This document shows positions 34,461 through 48,140 of a DNA stretch of 64,000 nt, piece by piece. How positions within the stretch are numbered: the first letter of the stretch is position 1; each line of letters starts with the position of its first letter. The translations under genes and the position numbers were made by a program. Below the pieces are notes generated by a model. The model worked only from the letters and a program-made list of their open reading frames with translations. It did not search any database and was not told where the DNA came from. The DNA is from Lama glama (Eukaryota), in assembly GCA_028534125.1 (NCBI GenBank), contig CM052817.1, forward strand, positions 37,512,001 to 37,576,000, given 5' to 3'.

Positions 34461-36849
34461 TTAAAATGTTTCCCACACAGAGACACACATGCAGAGAGAC
34501 ACATGCAAATTGTAACTGTGCAGTATTTTTGTGTATTCACTTTCCTAACTAGAAGCAACAGATTGGGCTCTCTGTATTCAAGGATTCATCAGTAAGATTT
34601 AAACATTAATTAATTAAACTTTTTTTCATCTTTCAAATATTTACTTAACAATTGTCCTGTGAAAGTCCCTCATTAGGCAATTGGGGAAAATAGAGACAAT
34701 GTGTAAGAAAGCTGCTAGCATAATATATATGAGCCTGACTGATAAATAGAATGTTAAGATTTTAAAGAAATAGCTGTATTATGAAGCCATGAGTCAGACC
34801 TGAAAGGAGAGGTTTCTTCCTGCCAGAAATAAAGAGTTCAAGGAAATGAGGTAGCGTTTTAATAAGTGGATTATGGAGAGGGTTGTACGTAACAAGTAAG
34901 GCAGTAACAAAAGCTGAGGTGGAAAAAAGGCAGAAAAGATTCTGGGAAAAATATCACAGATTAGCATGGCTGGAGCACAAGATTTGAGTAGATGGAACTG
35001 AATATTCTTTTGGAAAGGGGAAGCTTTGCTAACCTCCTCTTTTTAACAGGATCCTCCTCCAGTGCCCCCCTCCCCCCCTTCCCACTCCAATATAAAGTGA
35101 CTTATTCGTGTTGGGAAAGAAGGAAGGATGTTGGTGTGGAGCTACATGTTACTAGACAGTACTGTGTACATGTTGAATTCCTATTTGTCTTGTCTTGTAT
35201 TCACACAGATAATCAAAATATTTTACCACTGGTTAAAAAAAAATGAGTAAGTATCTGAGGTACAGGAGAATCCAAGTAAATTTAAAAATACAGAATTTAT
35301 GAATCACTGAAAGTGAGGAGCTAGATATCTCAAGTGCCAATACATTTCTGAGTTAAATTACCTCACAGAAACAAGCAGTAAAATTCAAGGAATACATATT
35401 TTTATATTTAAAAGAATTCTTTTCCCATTAATACACTTCATGACCACAGCAAATTCTGCAAATATTTTAATGTTAAAAAGAGGCTGAAATCAACTTCTTG
35501 AAGTAATAACACTTCTTATATGCTGGTGTCGTTCTCAATAATGTTTACCTGGGAAATATCTTAAGAATAATTGATAAATATGTAAGTTAGAAATTAAATG
35601 TACACCCTCTCTGCATTAGAGACTGTTGTTCCAATGTTGCCTTTCTCATCTCTCATAAGGTTCATGTGGACATATTCAGTCTCTAACTAGAATAACTATG
35701 GATACTAACTATAGACGTTATCTATGAGAAAACTACTTGAATTTCTTAGTAAAAGTATATTTGTGATAAGGCCAAAACCATATGATCAATTTAAGTGAAA
35801 TCAATGATTCTTTCTGCAAGACAAACTAGTTTCTTGGTTATAGATGCAGACCCTTGTCAACTATCAGGCAACTCCATGCCACTGATTCTAAGAGGAACTG
35901 GAATACTGGTAGAGGAGGCTGGATAAATTCATCACTAACTCTAGGGATAAAAAGACCCGTTTCAAACCTTGGGGAGGATGGGTCAGTAACACCATACTGA
36001 TATAAAAACAAAGAGAGGTATTTTTCACTATTATATTACCTAATATACTAACTGCTCCTGAGGCAGGTAAGGGGGATCATAATGGGAACTTTGGCACAAA
36101 TTAGCTGAGTGCACTGCAGCCACATAACATTTCTGGGACTCATTTAACTCAATTATAGAATGAAAAGGCTTGGTTTAGATAAACTTTAATTTCCTTTTGG
36201 TTTTTAAATTATTTGACTCAATCTTGTTTCTGGCTGATTTCTGTATCTGTTGAATCCTTTGTGAGCACTCTCAATTTCAACTTTGTATGTATTATAATTA
36301 AATCTTAGATTAAAAAAGCCTCAAAACAAAAGCCACTAGCATTTAAAATTACACTGGTACTTGACATCCAACTAAACAAAGTGTGTTTTAAAATCTTCTG
36401 TATAACGTTTTATAAGTAGGAATTAAGAGTACTCAAAAAGACAATAATCAGTTTTAATACTGAGGAAAAAGCTTCTTTAACTATCTGTACCAAGTTACTT
36501 TGCACCTGAACAAGCTTTTTCACATGAGGTTTTTTTATGTTTTGTTTTGTTTTGTTTTGTTTTTGTTAAGAATCTGGTGCTTGATCTTATTTTGTGGTTT
36601 GGACAGGGAAGAAGGTGGCAAATCCAACTAATAGTCAATTTTCAATTATATAGTAATCCTAAATTATAATAAAACAAGAAACACTGTAAACCAATTTTAC
36701 ATAATTCTGTGCTCCTGGAAGAGAGGACTCAGAAGAAAAGTGAGAATACATGTGCAGAGACCCATTCTGAGGAAAAAGTGGTAAGAGCCAGAGATTGGGT
36801 GCTCCAGTCCTGGGGGTCCTACACAGGGGAGATGAGCCCCCTTGTCTGA

Positions 36850-39800
36850 TTAGAGAGTTTTAACACTCCACAGACATCAATAGATAGATCATCCAGATAG
36901 GAAATCAATAAGGCAACAGTAGTCTTAAATGATACAACAGACCAATTGGATTTAATAAATATATATAGGACATTACATTCCCCAAACAGTAAAATACACA
37001 TTCCTAGGCAACAGTAGTCTTAAATGATACAACAGACCAATTGGATTTAATAAATATATATAGGACATTACATTCCCCAAACAGTAAAATACACATTCCT
37101 TTCAAGAGCACATGGAGCAGCCTCCAGGACAGATCACATGCTAGGCCACAAAACAATTCTCAGCAAATTTAAGAGGTGAGAAATTATATCAAGCATGTTT
37201 TCCTACCACAATAGTATGAAACTAGAAATCAATTACAGAAAGAAAAATGAGAAAAGAACAAGCACGTGGAGACTAAACAACATGCTACTAAAAAAAACCA
37301 ATGGATCACTGAAGAAATCAAAGAGAAAATCTGAAAATATCTCAAGACAAATGAAAATGGAAACAGAGTTCTCTAAAATTATGAGACATAGCAAAAGCAA
37401 TTCTAAGAGGGAAGTTTATAGTAGTGCAGGCCTTCATTAAGAACAAGAAAAATCTCAAATAAACAACCTAACCTACCAATTAAAGGAAACAGAAAAAGAA
37501 GAACAAACTTCAAAGTCAGCTGAAGGAAGGAAATAATAAAGATCAGAGAGGGAATAAATTAAATAGAGACCAAAAAAAAAAAAAAACCAAAAAAAACAAC
37601 CCCCCCCCCAAAACAAACCAAAACAAAAAACCAAACCAAACCAAAACAAACCAATAGAAAAGTTCAATGAAACCAAGAGCTAGTTTTTGGAAAGATAAAC
37701 AAAATTGATAAACTTTTAGCCAGGCTTACTAAGAAGAGAGAACCTAATAAACAAAATAAGAAATGAAAGAGGAGAAACAACAACCAATAGACATACAGAA
37801 AATCATAAGAGAATATTACAGTTATCTGTCAACAAACTGGACAACCTAGAAGAAATCGACAAATTTCTAGAACCATACAGCCTACCAAGACTAAGTCAAG
37901 AAGAAATGGACTGATCAGTAGTAGAGAAATTGAATCTGTTAAAAAGAAAAAGAAAAAAAAAACCCAAAAACTTCTAGCACACAAAAATCCAGGCCTGGAC
38001 AGTTCACAAGGGGAGTCTACCAGATACATAAAGAAGAGCTAAGACCTATCCTTCTCAAATTATTCCCCAAAATTGAAGAGGACAAAACACTCCCAAATTC
38101 AATCTATGAGGCCACCATCTATTACTCTGGTACCAAAGTCAGACAAAGACATTACAAAAAAAAAAAAATTACAAGACAGTATCTTTGATGAATATAGATG
38201 CAAAATTCTTCAACAAAATATCAGCAAACCAAATGCAACAATATACAGAAATGATCATACACCATGTCAGGTTGGATTTATTCTAGGGATGCCAGGATGG
38301 TTCAACTTTGGCAAATTAATCAATGTGATACACCACATAACAAAAGGAAGAAAAAATTACACGATCATCTCAATAGACACAGAAAAGGCATTTGTCAAAA
38401 TTCAATATCCAGCCGTGATAAAAACTCTTAACAAAATTGGTATAGAGAGAACATATCTCAACATAATAAAAGCCATTTATGACAAACCTACAACTACATC
38501 ATACTTAATGGTAAAAAGCTGAAAGCCTTTCCTCTAAATTCAGGAACAAGACAAGAGGGCCCAGTCCCGCCACTTCTATTCAACATAGTATTAGAAGTCG
38601 TAGCCACAACAATCAAACAGGAAAAAGAAATAAAAGGCATCTAAATTGGAAGAGAAGAAGTAAATTGTCACTATGTGCAGATGACATGATACTTTATACA
38701 GAAAACTCTAAAGTCTCCACCAAAAAACTATTAAAACCAATAAATGAATTCAGTAAAGTTGCAGGACACAAGATTAATATATAGAAATCTGCTGTTTTTC
38801 TATACACTAATAATGAACTGTCAAAAGAGAAAGCAAAAAAAAAATATTGATTAAAATTGCATCAAAAACAATGAAGTACCTAGGAGCAAACTTAACCAAC
38901 AAGTTGAAAGACCTATTCACTGAAAACTATAAATCACTGAATAAAGGAAATTGAAGATGATACAAAGAAATGGAAAGATATTCCATGCTCTTGGATTAGA
39001 AGAATACATACTACTAAAATGGCCTTACTTACCCAAAGGAATCTACAAATTTAACGCAATCTCTATCAAAATACCCCTGACATTTTTCACAGAAATAGGA
39101 GAAATAGTCCTAAAATTAATGTGGAACCACAAAAGACCCTGAATTCCCAAAGCAAGCTTGAGAGAAAAACAAAACAAAACAAAAAACAACACAACTAGAG
39201 GTCACCCTCTCTGACTTCAGATTATATACTACAAAGCTACAGTAGTCAAAACAGCACAGTAATGGCACAAAAGTAGACACAGATCAATGGAACAGGATAG
39301 AAAGCCCAGAAATAAACCAGCACACCTATGGTCAATTAATCTACGACAAAGGAAGCAAGACTATACAATGGAGAAAAGACAGTGTCTTCAATAAGTGGTG
39401 CTGAAAGAACTCTACAGCTGCATGTAAAATAGTAAGATTAGAGCATTTCCTTGTAACATATACAGACATAACCCCCAAATAGATGAAAGAACTAAATGTA
39501 AAACCTGAAACCATAAAACTCCTAGACAACAACATAGGCAGAACACTCTTTGACAAATCGTAGCACTACTTTACTGGATCTGTCTCCTAAGGCAGCAAAA
39601 ATAAACAAATAAGACTTAATTAAACTTAAAAGATTCTGCACAGCAAAGGCAACTATTGACAAAATGAAGACAACCTACTAAATGGGAGAAAATATTTGCA
39701 AATGATATGACCAACAAGGGGTAATATCCAAAATACATAAACAATTCATACAACTGAATATTTAAATACAAAACAAAACACAACCAAATCAAAAAATGGG

Positions 39801-40255
39801 CAGAAGATCTGAACAGACATTTTTCCAAAGAAGACATACAGATGGCCAATAGGCACATGAAAAGATGCTCAAAACTGGTAATCATCAGAAATGTAAATTA
39901 AAACCACATGAGAAATCACCTCACACCTATCAGAATGGCTACCATCAAAAAGTCTACAAATAACAAATGTTGTCAAGGATGTGGAGAAAAGGGAATTCTC
40001 ATACACTGTTGGTGGCAATGTAAAATGGTGCAGCCATTATGGAAAGCAGGATGAATATTCCTCAAAAAGCTAAAAATAGAACTACCATATGACCCAGCAA
40101 TTCCACTCCTAGGTATATATCTAGAAAACACAAAAACACTCCCTAATGTTCATAGCAGCACTATTTACAATATCCAAGATATGAAAGCAACCCAAGTGTT
40201 CAACATATGAAAGGATAAAGAAAATGTGGTATACATATACAATGGAATATTGCTC
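36850..40255 (+). mobile_element. Decayed LINE-1 ORF2 (endonuclease tail, RT, C-terminus, start of 3'UTR), antisense to PTPN13
   Basis: ORF fragments MKLEINYRKKNEK..TWRLNNMLL, QVGFILGMPGWFN, IISIDTEKAF and RT motif tatgtgcagatgacatgata (ADDM); many frameshifts and stops; no poly(A) tail. Confidence 0.96.
36911..37100 (+). repeat. Perfect 95-bp tandem duplication inside L1
   Basis: 36911-37005 is identical to 37006-37100. Confidence 0.97.
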
Positions 40256-40829
40256 CTTCAAGTTTGACCTCTTTATGGGTCTCTGAAAGTCATAAAAGGT
40301 TAAGATTTAATTTTATTCCTTCGGATCTTGTATTGTGATAAATAACTTAATATTAAAAAGTCCTATATTTGACTAATGGGCAAGTAATCTAACTTTCTGA
40401 TCTCAGTTATCTTATTTAGAACAACAAATTTGCCATGCTCTATTATGTCAAAACTCAGTTCTCAACAGAGCACTAATTTAGGGGTCCTTGGACAGATTCA
40501 AAGAGAATTTTGAAGTACACATAAACTTGTCTGCAAGCCAACTGGGGAACATCTCCACGGGAAGGTAGGTTGGCCCCTCTGTAGGTTGCGGGGCAGCTGG
40601 GAAGTGGGGTCTAAGGTTTAAACACAGACCATAACCTGCACATAACTGCTCATTTGGTATCCAGTGTAAGTTCATATTCTTTTCCACTAGAACCTAGGTA
40701 AAAACACATTTTAGGTTCTCACCCTTAAATAGATTATAATCTAGCTTATTTCAAAAGTCTAGCTGGGAGCAATAATCTCATGAATCATTAGGCATTACTA
40801 TGCTGGGAGACAGTCTAAAGAGTGGATTA

Positions 40830-41055
40830 GAATGCGGCACTGGAAACACATCTGCATTCAAGTCATGGCTCCGGCACTTGCCAGCTCCACGACCTACTGC
40901 ACAACTCAACCTCTCTGTGCTTTGGCTTCTCATTTGTGAAAAGGAAGTAACATTAGTTCTGCCTCATAGGATTGTTGTGGGGACTGAGTGGGAGATGAAC
41001 ATGAGTGCTTGGAACAGTGTTTGGCACACAGTAAGCACTCTGCAACTGTTAGCCA
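40830..41055 (+). mobile_element. MIR SINE
   Basis: aacctctctgtgctttggctttctcatttgtgaaaagg...cctcataggattgttgtgggga...tggcacacagtaagcactc. Confidence 0.85.
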
Positions 41056-42387
41056 GTAAGTACGACCACTATGGACATGTTAATAACTGACCTGCTTCAG
41101 GGACAGACATATTCTAACTTGCCTGCATGTAAGACATTCGGTCATCATGAAAATATATTTATATATAAAGCTATATTCCAAGGTCTTAGCAATTTAGGCC
41201 CAAGTATAAGCTGACTTTTTCTTTAATAGTATGCCTTCAGATTTTTTTGAGGAAATAGTAAAAATATGAGATGAAAAAGATCCTTCATTTGCTGAGTATT
41301 TAAGATGTTGTAAAAGTAAAAAGATTTACCTTCTGATACAATTTTGCTTCTAAACAAAATTTTCCTCTCTTGAACGACTGGTATGTATATTTCTACTAGA
41401 GAATGAGAAAAATACAAAATTGACAGTTCTGACCTAAAAAAAAGAGCAGTTTCATACGGTGTAACCAATTTTCATGCCTTCCTTTTTGCCTTGGCTCTCA
41501 GGAAAATGAGAACTAAACTTAAAGCTTCATCAAGCTTAATTATATTAATACTTTTGATTATTATATATACTTCTTTCTCATCAGGCTCCTGATTATTTCA
41601 ACTTTCAGAATTTGAGGGTAAAACAAACATTTTGGAGGTAAGTATTAGTAATATATAATAATATTCTTCCTACCCATGAAAGTTGGAAAAGTTACATAAG
41701 GTAATGTATATGAAAGTATTCTGTAACCTAAATTCTAAAAATTTTGAATCCACTGACTTTCAAATCACTGCCCAAAGTTTTTTCCTACGATTTTTTTTCC
41801 TCTTAGTCTCTTTCCTTATACTACAAATCTCAATATTTAAAATCTCTAAATTCTCCCCAAAAGATTTAGGATACGACTCAAAGCTAGTTTCCATTTAGTT
41901 CCTGAGCTTCACCCTGGCCCCACAATCCTCCACACTGAGACTATTGCATTTCCCGGAATCTGTTGTCTTCCCATATGTCTCCATGTCTCCGATCACACCA
42001 TGCCCTTGGTCTAGAAAACTTATCCACCCCATTAGGCCTGAATAAATCCTCCTTTTATTTCAAGATTCAGCTCAAGCATCCCTTTAAAATACCAGCCTCA
42101 GCTAAAACTCTTTTCAATAAAACTATCTCCTACCTACACTATCTTAGCCTCCCAATTAGTGTCCTCATCTCAAATGTATCATTTCTCTACTTCATCAACA
42201 TTAGTCTAAATTATAGGTCCCATAACATCACCAAGATGCTGAAAAACACAACTCTCATTCAACTCTAGTGTAAGGCCTAAAATCCTTGGCACAGAGTTGA
42301 AAACTCTCCATCACTACATCTAAAACTAGCTTATAAGATACAAGAGAAAATATGATGGAAATGAGGAGAAACATTTCGTAAACCTAC

Positions 42388-42444
42388 CATTTTCTTTTAA
42401 GGGTACTTGGGATGAAGAATTTCCAGAACTATGCAAGGTCATTC
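42388..42444 (-). CDS. PTPN13: PTPN13 57-nt cassette exon (GMTLHSSGNSSSQVPLKEN)
   Basis: cag|GA acceptor, ATG|gtagg donor, symmetric phase 1-1; matches the 19-aa alternatively spliced segment of human PTPN13 as I recall it. Confidence 0.93.
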
Positions 42445-44042
42445 CTGTGGTATAAATTAAATTATTAGACAGTTTAAAAAATGGTCAGATACTAGATATA
42501 GAATTAATTTCTTCTGATAAATTTATAAAAATCGGTAAACTATTAAAGTAGTAACATTTTCTTTTATTTACACTCAGAAAAATATGTCTTCCCATAATGG
42601 ACTTATTTTTTTTAAACTACTTTTAATGTCCAGGTAGGCATAGTAACTTGTTTTGCAGAATAAATTTAAATACAAATGTACTGTTTCTGACAATGACATT
42701 CTGATGTGTCATGCATGAAATGATGAAACTGAGTTTTAAAGCGTTTGTTCAAATGTTAAAAGAAAAATCAGTATTTAATAAGAAAACATAACCCAAAACA
42801 AATGCAGAAGACAAATTTTCTTTCATGGTTGAGTCTTATTTTATTTGTTTTTCTATGGAATATTTACTGCTCTACTTCCGATATGTGATGGATTTTTCTG
42901 TAGATCAAAGCCTTCCTAATGAAAATAGCTTGAAACCTATAAGAGATCCCATTATATAGGAATATACTTTGAAAATCATTTTATAAAAGATTGAAGTGTC
43001 TTTTTAGGCTATTTTCAACACACAGGGTAACCTACAGGATGGAATCTTATCTTTCATCTGTTTAAATATTTTTTTAACCAATTCAATTCAAATTGATGAC
43101 AGTGGAATCTCTGAAAGTTGTGGAAACCTACGTTAATAAAGTAATACGGTTTTACATAAATATTTATCAACTATAGGGTAGAGTTCTCTTTTGACTTCAT
43201 TTAATCCTCATATCCCCAATCCAGTTACAGGGTGAAAAATACTTCTTAACTTTGTATAATCAGGGTTAAGTGATCAAACATAGTTCTAAGGGAGAGTTAA
43301 TTAGTATTATTTGATTAAGCGACCATAGAAGAGGGTATCCTTGGTGAACTTTGGTCTCCCCAGCTGTTTCCTATTTTTAGTAGTTGTTCAGACGTGTGTC
43401 CTAAATGTCTACTCTTGTAAAAGACTGATTTCTCATGCAATATCCTTTTAAGATGCAAAAAAGCAACAGGAATCCTTAACTGTTTATCTTATAAGGTAGT
43501 CTGTGTTTATAAACACAAACAACTTCTATTTCACTTAAATAGTTAATAGGCCCCAGCTAGCTGGGATAACTTGAGAGAACTTAAATCAACTAAGAATTTC
43601 TACCAAATCACCTATGGCACATTTCATAAAACTATCTCTTTCCAGAGACAATTCCATTCTGAAAGTACCCTAAACAAACTTTTCTTAAAAAAATACAGCA
43701 TCAGTAGAGTCTACTCTCACAGGCTTGTAAGGAAAATCCTACAGAAGGCTCTCCAAAACCCTGGCACCAGACTGCCTGGTTCTCTCAGTAAGACCATCAT
43801 GGCTTTTACCTGCAATCAAGAGAGAACCAAGTGATGGTCTGTGTCAGGAGGCAATCACTTGTTAAATCAATTTTTGATTTCACCTGGGACACTTTAAGTA
43901 GCCTAAAGTTTTATATTCACAAAAAGTTTTAGCAATTAGGACAGAGAACCAAAAATAGTTTCTCAGTAATTAGCGTGATCTCAGTCATGTCACTGTGAGT
44001 AAGAGGGGATGGGAGGAAGAAGGTAGGCTCGTTTATGCTGAC

Positions 44043-44140
44043 CTATAACACATGCTTGACCAGGGTCTTCAAAGGATGAGGAGTCTGATTCATGTTTCCG
44101 CCTTTCAGGGCTTCTATTTAAACTTGCAACAGACTTTGAA
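44043..44140 (-). CDS. PTPN13: PTPN13 exon (SKSVASLNRSPERRKHESDSSSFEDPGQACVI)
   Basis: tag|T acceptor, TAG|gtcag donor, 98 nt, phase 2-1. Confidence 0.95.
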
Positions 44141-44291
44141 CTAAAGAGGGAAGAGGAAGGTAGGATGGGGAAGTGTCAATGTAAAAAAATATATATATAT
44201 GGTGAAAATAATAAAACGTCAAAACAAAAACAGAAGTATGAAATGCAGAATTTACAAATATGTAGCTCGGGTTAGTTAATTATGTTCTTAC

Positions 44292-44709
44292 TTATTAAGT
44301 TTTGTGATTCCTGCCAAAGATTCTGTCTCAGGTCTCGCCATCTGGTGAAATGGTTTTCCTACCAACTCCGCAATGGTTTGTGGAGGGGATTCCATGTCAA
44401 CACTGACATTTTTCCGGTGAGGATAGAGAGAGGCCTGACTGAGATCGTGGTATGATTTACTCATCCCTCTAGGCTTTTCCTCCCATGAAGCTTTGTCACT
44501 CTTCTCTTTGGCACTGTTTTGCAATGGCTGGTAAAGCGACAGCTCTGAGCAGGATAGCCTCTTCAGAATCTCAGCTTGGACTGACAGAGGTCGAACGGCA
44601 AGTTTGTTCAGGGTGCTGCTGGCCAGACTACCAGTGCTGATTGCTCGTCCCATATTAAATCCTCTAATGGACTCTGCTTGGAGATTCAGGCTCCTAAACG
44701 AAGCTCTCT
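44292..44709 (-). CDS. PTPN13: PTPN13 exon, FERM-PDZ1 linker (ERASFRSLNLQAESIRGFNMGRAISTG...GITKLN)
   Basis: tag|AG acceptor, AA|gtaag donor, 418 nt, phase 1-2. Confidence 0.96.
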
Positions 44710-45249
44710 CTACAAGGAAATAGGATTGCTTTACACGACAGAATCACTGTAGTACCTTAATGTGAAGAGCTATTTTAATAAATAGAAAAACCAGCATGCA
44801 ATTTTTAATCATTTTGATTGCCAGCATCAGTAGGTAGCTTTCAAAGAGTGGCAATCAAGGATTTTAAAAAGGAGGGTTGGAAGATCCTGGTTTCTCTACT
44901 ATCTCTCCATCCTTGCAGCCTTCTCACAGCCAGGGCCTGGTCAGCATTTCCTTTCACAGAGTGATTTTCTTGGATCTAATAATGTTTGGGCTTCATTCAG
45001 GCTTGCTGACCCCAAATTAGCGATTACAGTTTTCAGCTAGAAATGAGAATGACATTTGACAGAGAAAATTTCAACCCTACTAGTATCTCTGCTAAAATAT
45101 CAGCATACCAAGGATGGAGAGAGGGAGAGAGGAAACCTGGATCTGCCAACATGGCCCGACGTGGTGAGAGCATGCCTGAAAAAAGCTGTTCAGAGGAACA
45201 TTTTGCCTAGAGGAAAAGTTCTTATTATATTTTTAAAAGCTTATGGCAG

Positions 45250-45375
45250 ATTGTAGTGATGTTTGCACAACTCTCTTAACAATGTGAATATACTTAAAAT
45301 CACTGAATTCTGTTAATTTAAGTGAGTGAATTGTATGGTATGTAAATTATGTTTCAATAAAATTATTACCAAAAA
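45250..45375 (+). mobile_element. Old L1 3' end (L1MB/MC/ME-like)
   Basis: gtgatgtttgcacaactct...gtgaattgtatggtatgtaaattatgtttcaataaa. Confidence 0.75.
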
Positions 45376-47461
45376 ACCCTAAAACAAAACAAAAACAAAA
45401 ACCCCAAACCAAAAGCAAAACCCTTTTATGGCAAATTTTCTATCATTTCAATTACTGTGCCCATACCACTTTCCCACCTTACTGACTTTTCATGATTTAC
45501 CTGAGGCACAGAAGACATAGGAGAATCACACATGTCTTTTCTCTTTTGTTCCTGTTAATTAATAAGATTAAGGAGCTGGGGTTCTTAAATTCCTGTCACT
45601 CCTAAATATGTATCTAAGGTCTTCTTTTAGAGGCTAAATTTAGAGATACTTTATAACAAGTGAATGGCTATTCTATTTTGTGAGAACCAACGTCATGTCA
45701 GTATTTGAACATTTGAGGCTATAAACAAAAGCATTGCATCACACAATTTTGGCATCAAAACCCTTTCATGTATTTAAAGGACCAGGAGAACACAATTTCA
45801 GATGGTTTAGTTGTTCACACATTAGTAATCCACATCACAAGGCACCCCGTCTGGCCCCACCTCATGGAAAGTACCAACCCTGTGTTGCACTCTATGGGAA
45901 TACAGCTTGACCATTATGTAAAACAGCTGTGAAACTTGTTTTTAAAAAGAAAATGTCAGATGTTGCTGACTTAGATCTTTAGATTCTGTTTCATTTATCT
46001 TCTAATTCCTAGGAAGATTAATAATCAGTATTTCATCTTAAATGTAAACAGACAGGGAAACACTGAAGCTCTTTAATATTTATACATCAGAATGAAGTTC
46101 AAATAAACATGTTTCACCATCACCAGGAAAATTCAACATTCTTTTTCTGAAGTAGAAGTGGACACCAAGTTAACACATGATAAGAAAAAGATGACTTTGG
46201 TTTTAAAATTCCCAGAATAATCTTAGCTTTAAAGTGAGAGTTCTTATTAAAGCAGATAACAATAATTCTATTTTCTTTACTCTGAGAGCAGACCCTAATC
46301 GAAGATGCAAAACTGAGTCTTACACAGATTCAATTACCAGGAAATGCCTTTATACCCAATAGATTTCTTCACCCTTAAGGAAAATGTACCAAACTTTGGC
46401 AGGAATAGGGATCGCCAGTTCAGTATAGGTTAGATTTGGTTTGCAAACATACCAAGGATTATGCTATTTATAAATGCACTTACAGCCAACTCCTGGATAG
46501 AACTTAAAATACTGCACATGTTCATGGGATGGAATAATAAACCATCCACTTATCTGGTCTGTCCTACTGCCTTACACCTGGAAAGGACTCCAACATAGAG
46601 TACCAGGATGGGAAAGGACATTAGAATGAACCCACATCCTATTACTAACATTTCAGATTTGAACTCAAAGGCTTGCTAGTTCCACACTCAGTCTGCATTC
46701 CACACTGTGCTATTGTTCAGTCCCCTGTGTTTGTTTTTTATTTCCTTATATCATCAACTTAATTGTATGCTTTTTGAGAAGAGGGGCTTCATTTATTTTC
46801 GTTAACCCATAGCACCTAGCATAGTATCTTACAAGTAGCAAGCACGCAGTAAATGATTATTAATCTTAATTTAATTCCATGCAAATTAGTTTTTTGAAAA
46901 CTTATCAGATAGAAAAAGGATTGGATTAGGAATTAAGAGATCAGGGTTCCAGCTTCCTTTGACGTCTACGAGGTTAAGTGAGACGCTTTTCTCTGAACCT
47001 GTCTCCTCATCAGTAATATTGTGAACTTGATGCCCTCTGCTTTCTTGGACCCACATTCTGTGACTCTAAAGAAACGACATACACTTGTTAGCCCATCAAC
47101 CTCCTGTATGTTAACACCAGTTATTTTCACTTGTCTAGCGCAGACAGTAAGTAGGCAGGTGGTTACTTCTAAGCTGATTCCAAGCAGAGAACAATTCCTT
47201 TGAAGGTTTAACAAAAATCTGGGAATAGATGTAGATAATATCACTTTAAGTCCTTTCACATAGCAGTTTAAGGATGCGTAGTTGCTGTGTTCCTGGGGAA
47301 AAACTGAGATGCACAGAGCATTCCCACCTCATGGATGAAGAGAATGAGACTTCAAAAAGTCAGTCACTTTCCTAAGGTCATTCCACTCCTACTATTGCTA
47401 CTACTACTATTACTAGGGAAGTAGTGGTCAATGTTCATGATGGTAATGTTAATAATGATAA

Positions 47462-47690
47462 TGAATATTTATTCAATACTTATTCTGTGCCAGGCACTTT
47501 CACATGAATTCATCTTCACAATAACCTTACAACATTGGTATTATCATTATGATTATCACTTTACAGATGGGGATCTAAGGCAGAGAGTCTGAACAGCCTG
47601 CTCACGGTTTCAGAGCTTGCTAGTAATAGAGAGGGGTTTGAACACTGGCAGTCTTGCTGCACGGTTCAGGCTCTTAAGTACTACACTCTA
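47462..47690 (-). mobile_element. MIR SINE
   Basis: tacttattctgtgccaggcact...actttacagatggggatctaaggcagagag...tttgaacactggcagtc. Confidence 0.82.
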
Positions 47691-47954
47691 TCATTTGAAA
47701 TGTTGAGGGTGGAAACCTGGCTTCATAGTTTTGTCTTCTGACTCTTCACTACAGCACACTATACCAAATCTATAATGACATAACCTTCAACTGTTCAATT
47801 CTGGTTTGTATCAAATAGAATGTTAGTCTAAGTAGGAATACAGATAGCTCTAGTAAGCTTGACACTCCACTATACTTTGAAAATATATGTAAGAGCGCAC
47901 CAATTTTTTAGCAGAGCAAAGCTGTGAAAGAAAAGGAATGATAAGATTACTTTG

Positions 47955-48140
47955 CAGCAGTAGTTATCATGTCTTAGCATGCATAAAAATCATTACTGAG
48001 GAAAGCCTGTTAAAATGCAGATTCCAGGGACCATGTGCCCAAAGACCGCAAGTGAACAAGTTTCAGGTAGGTTTCTGGAATCTTCATTTTTAATAAGTAT
48101 ATAGCCCCTACCGTCTGGATTCTGAAAGGCTGAGAAACAT
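47955..48140. mobile_element. MER5A-like hAT-Charlie DNA transposon
   Basis: gttaaaatgcagattccaggg...ggaatcttcatttttaataag...tgagaaaca; boundaries approximate. Confidence 0.7.

Noticed and set aside
37195..39885. RT/endonuclease-like ORFs as an active retroelement or novel RT system
   Set aside because: Fragments of one decayed L1 ORF2 with many frameshifts, no ORF1 and no tail
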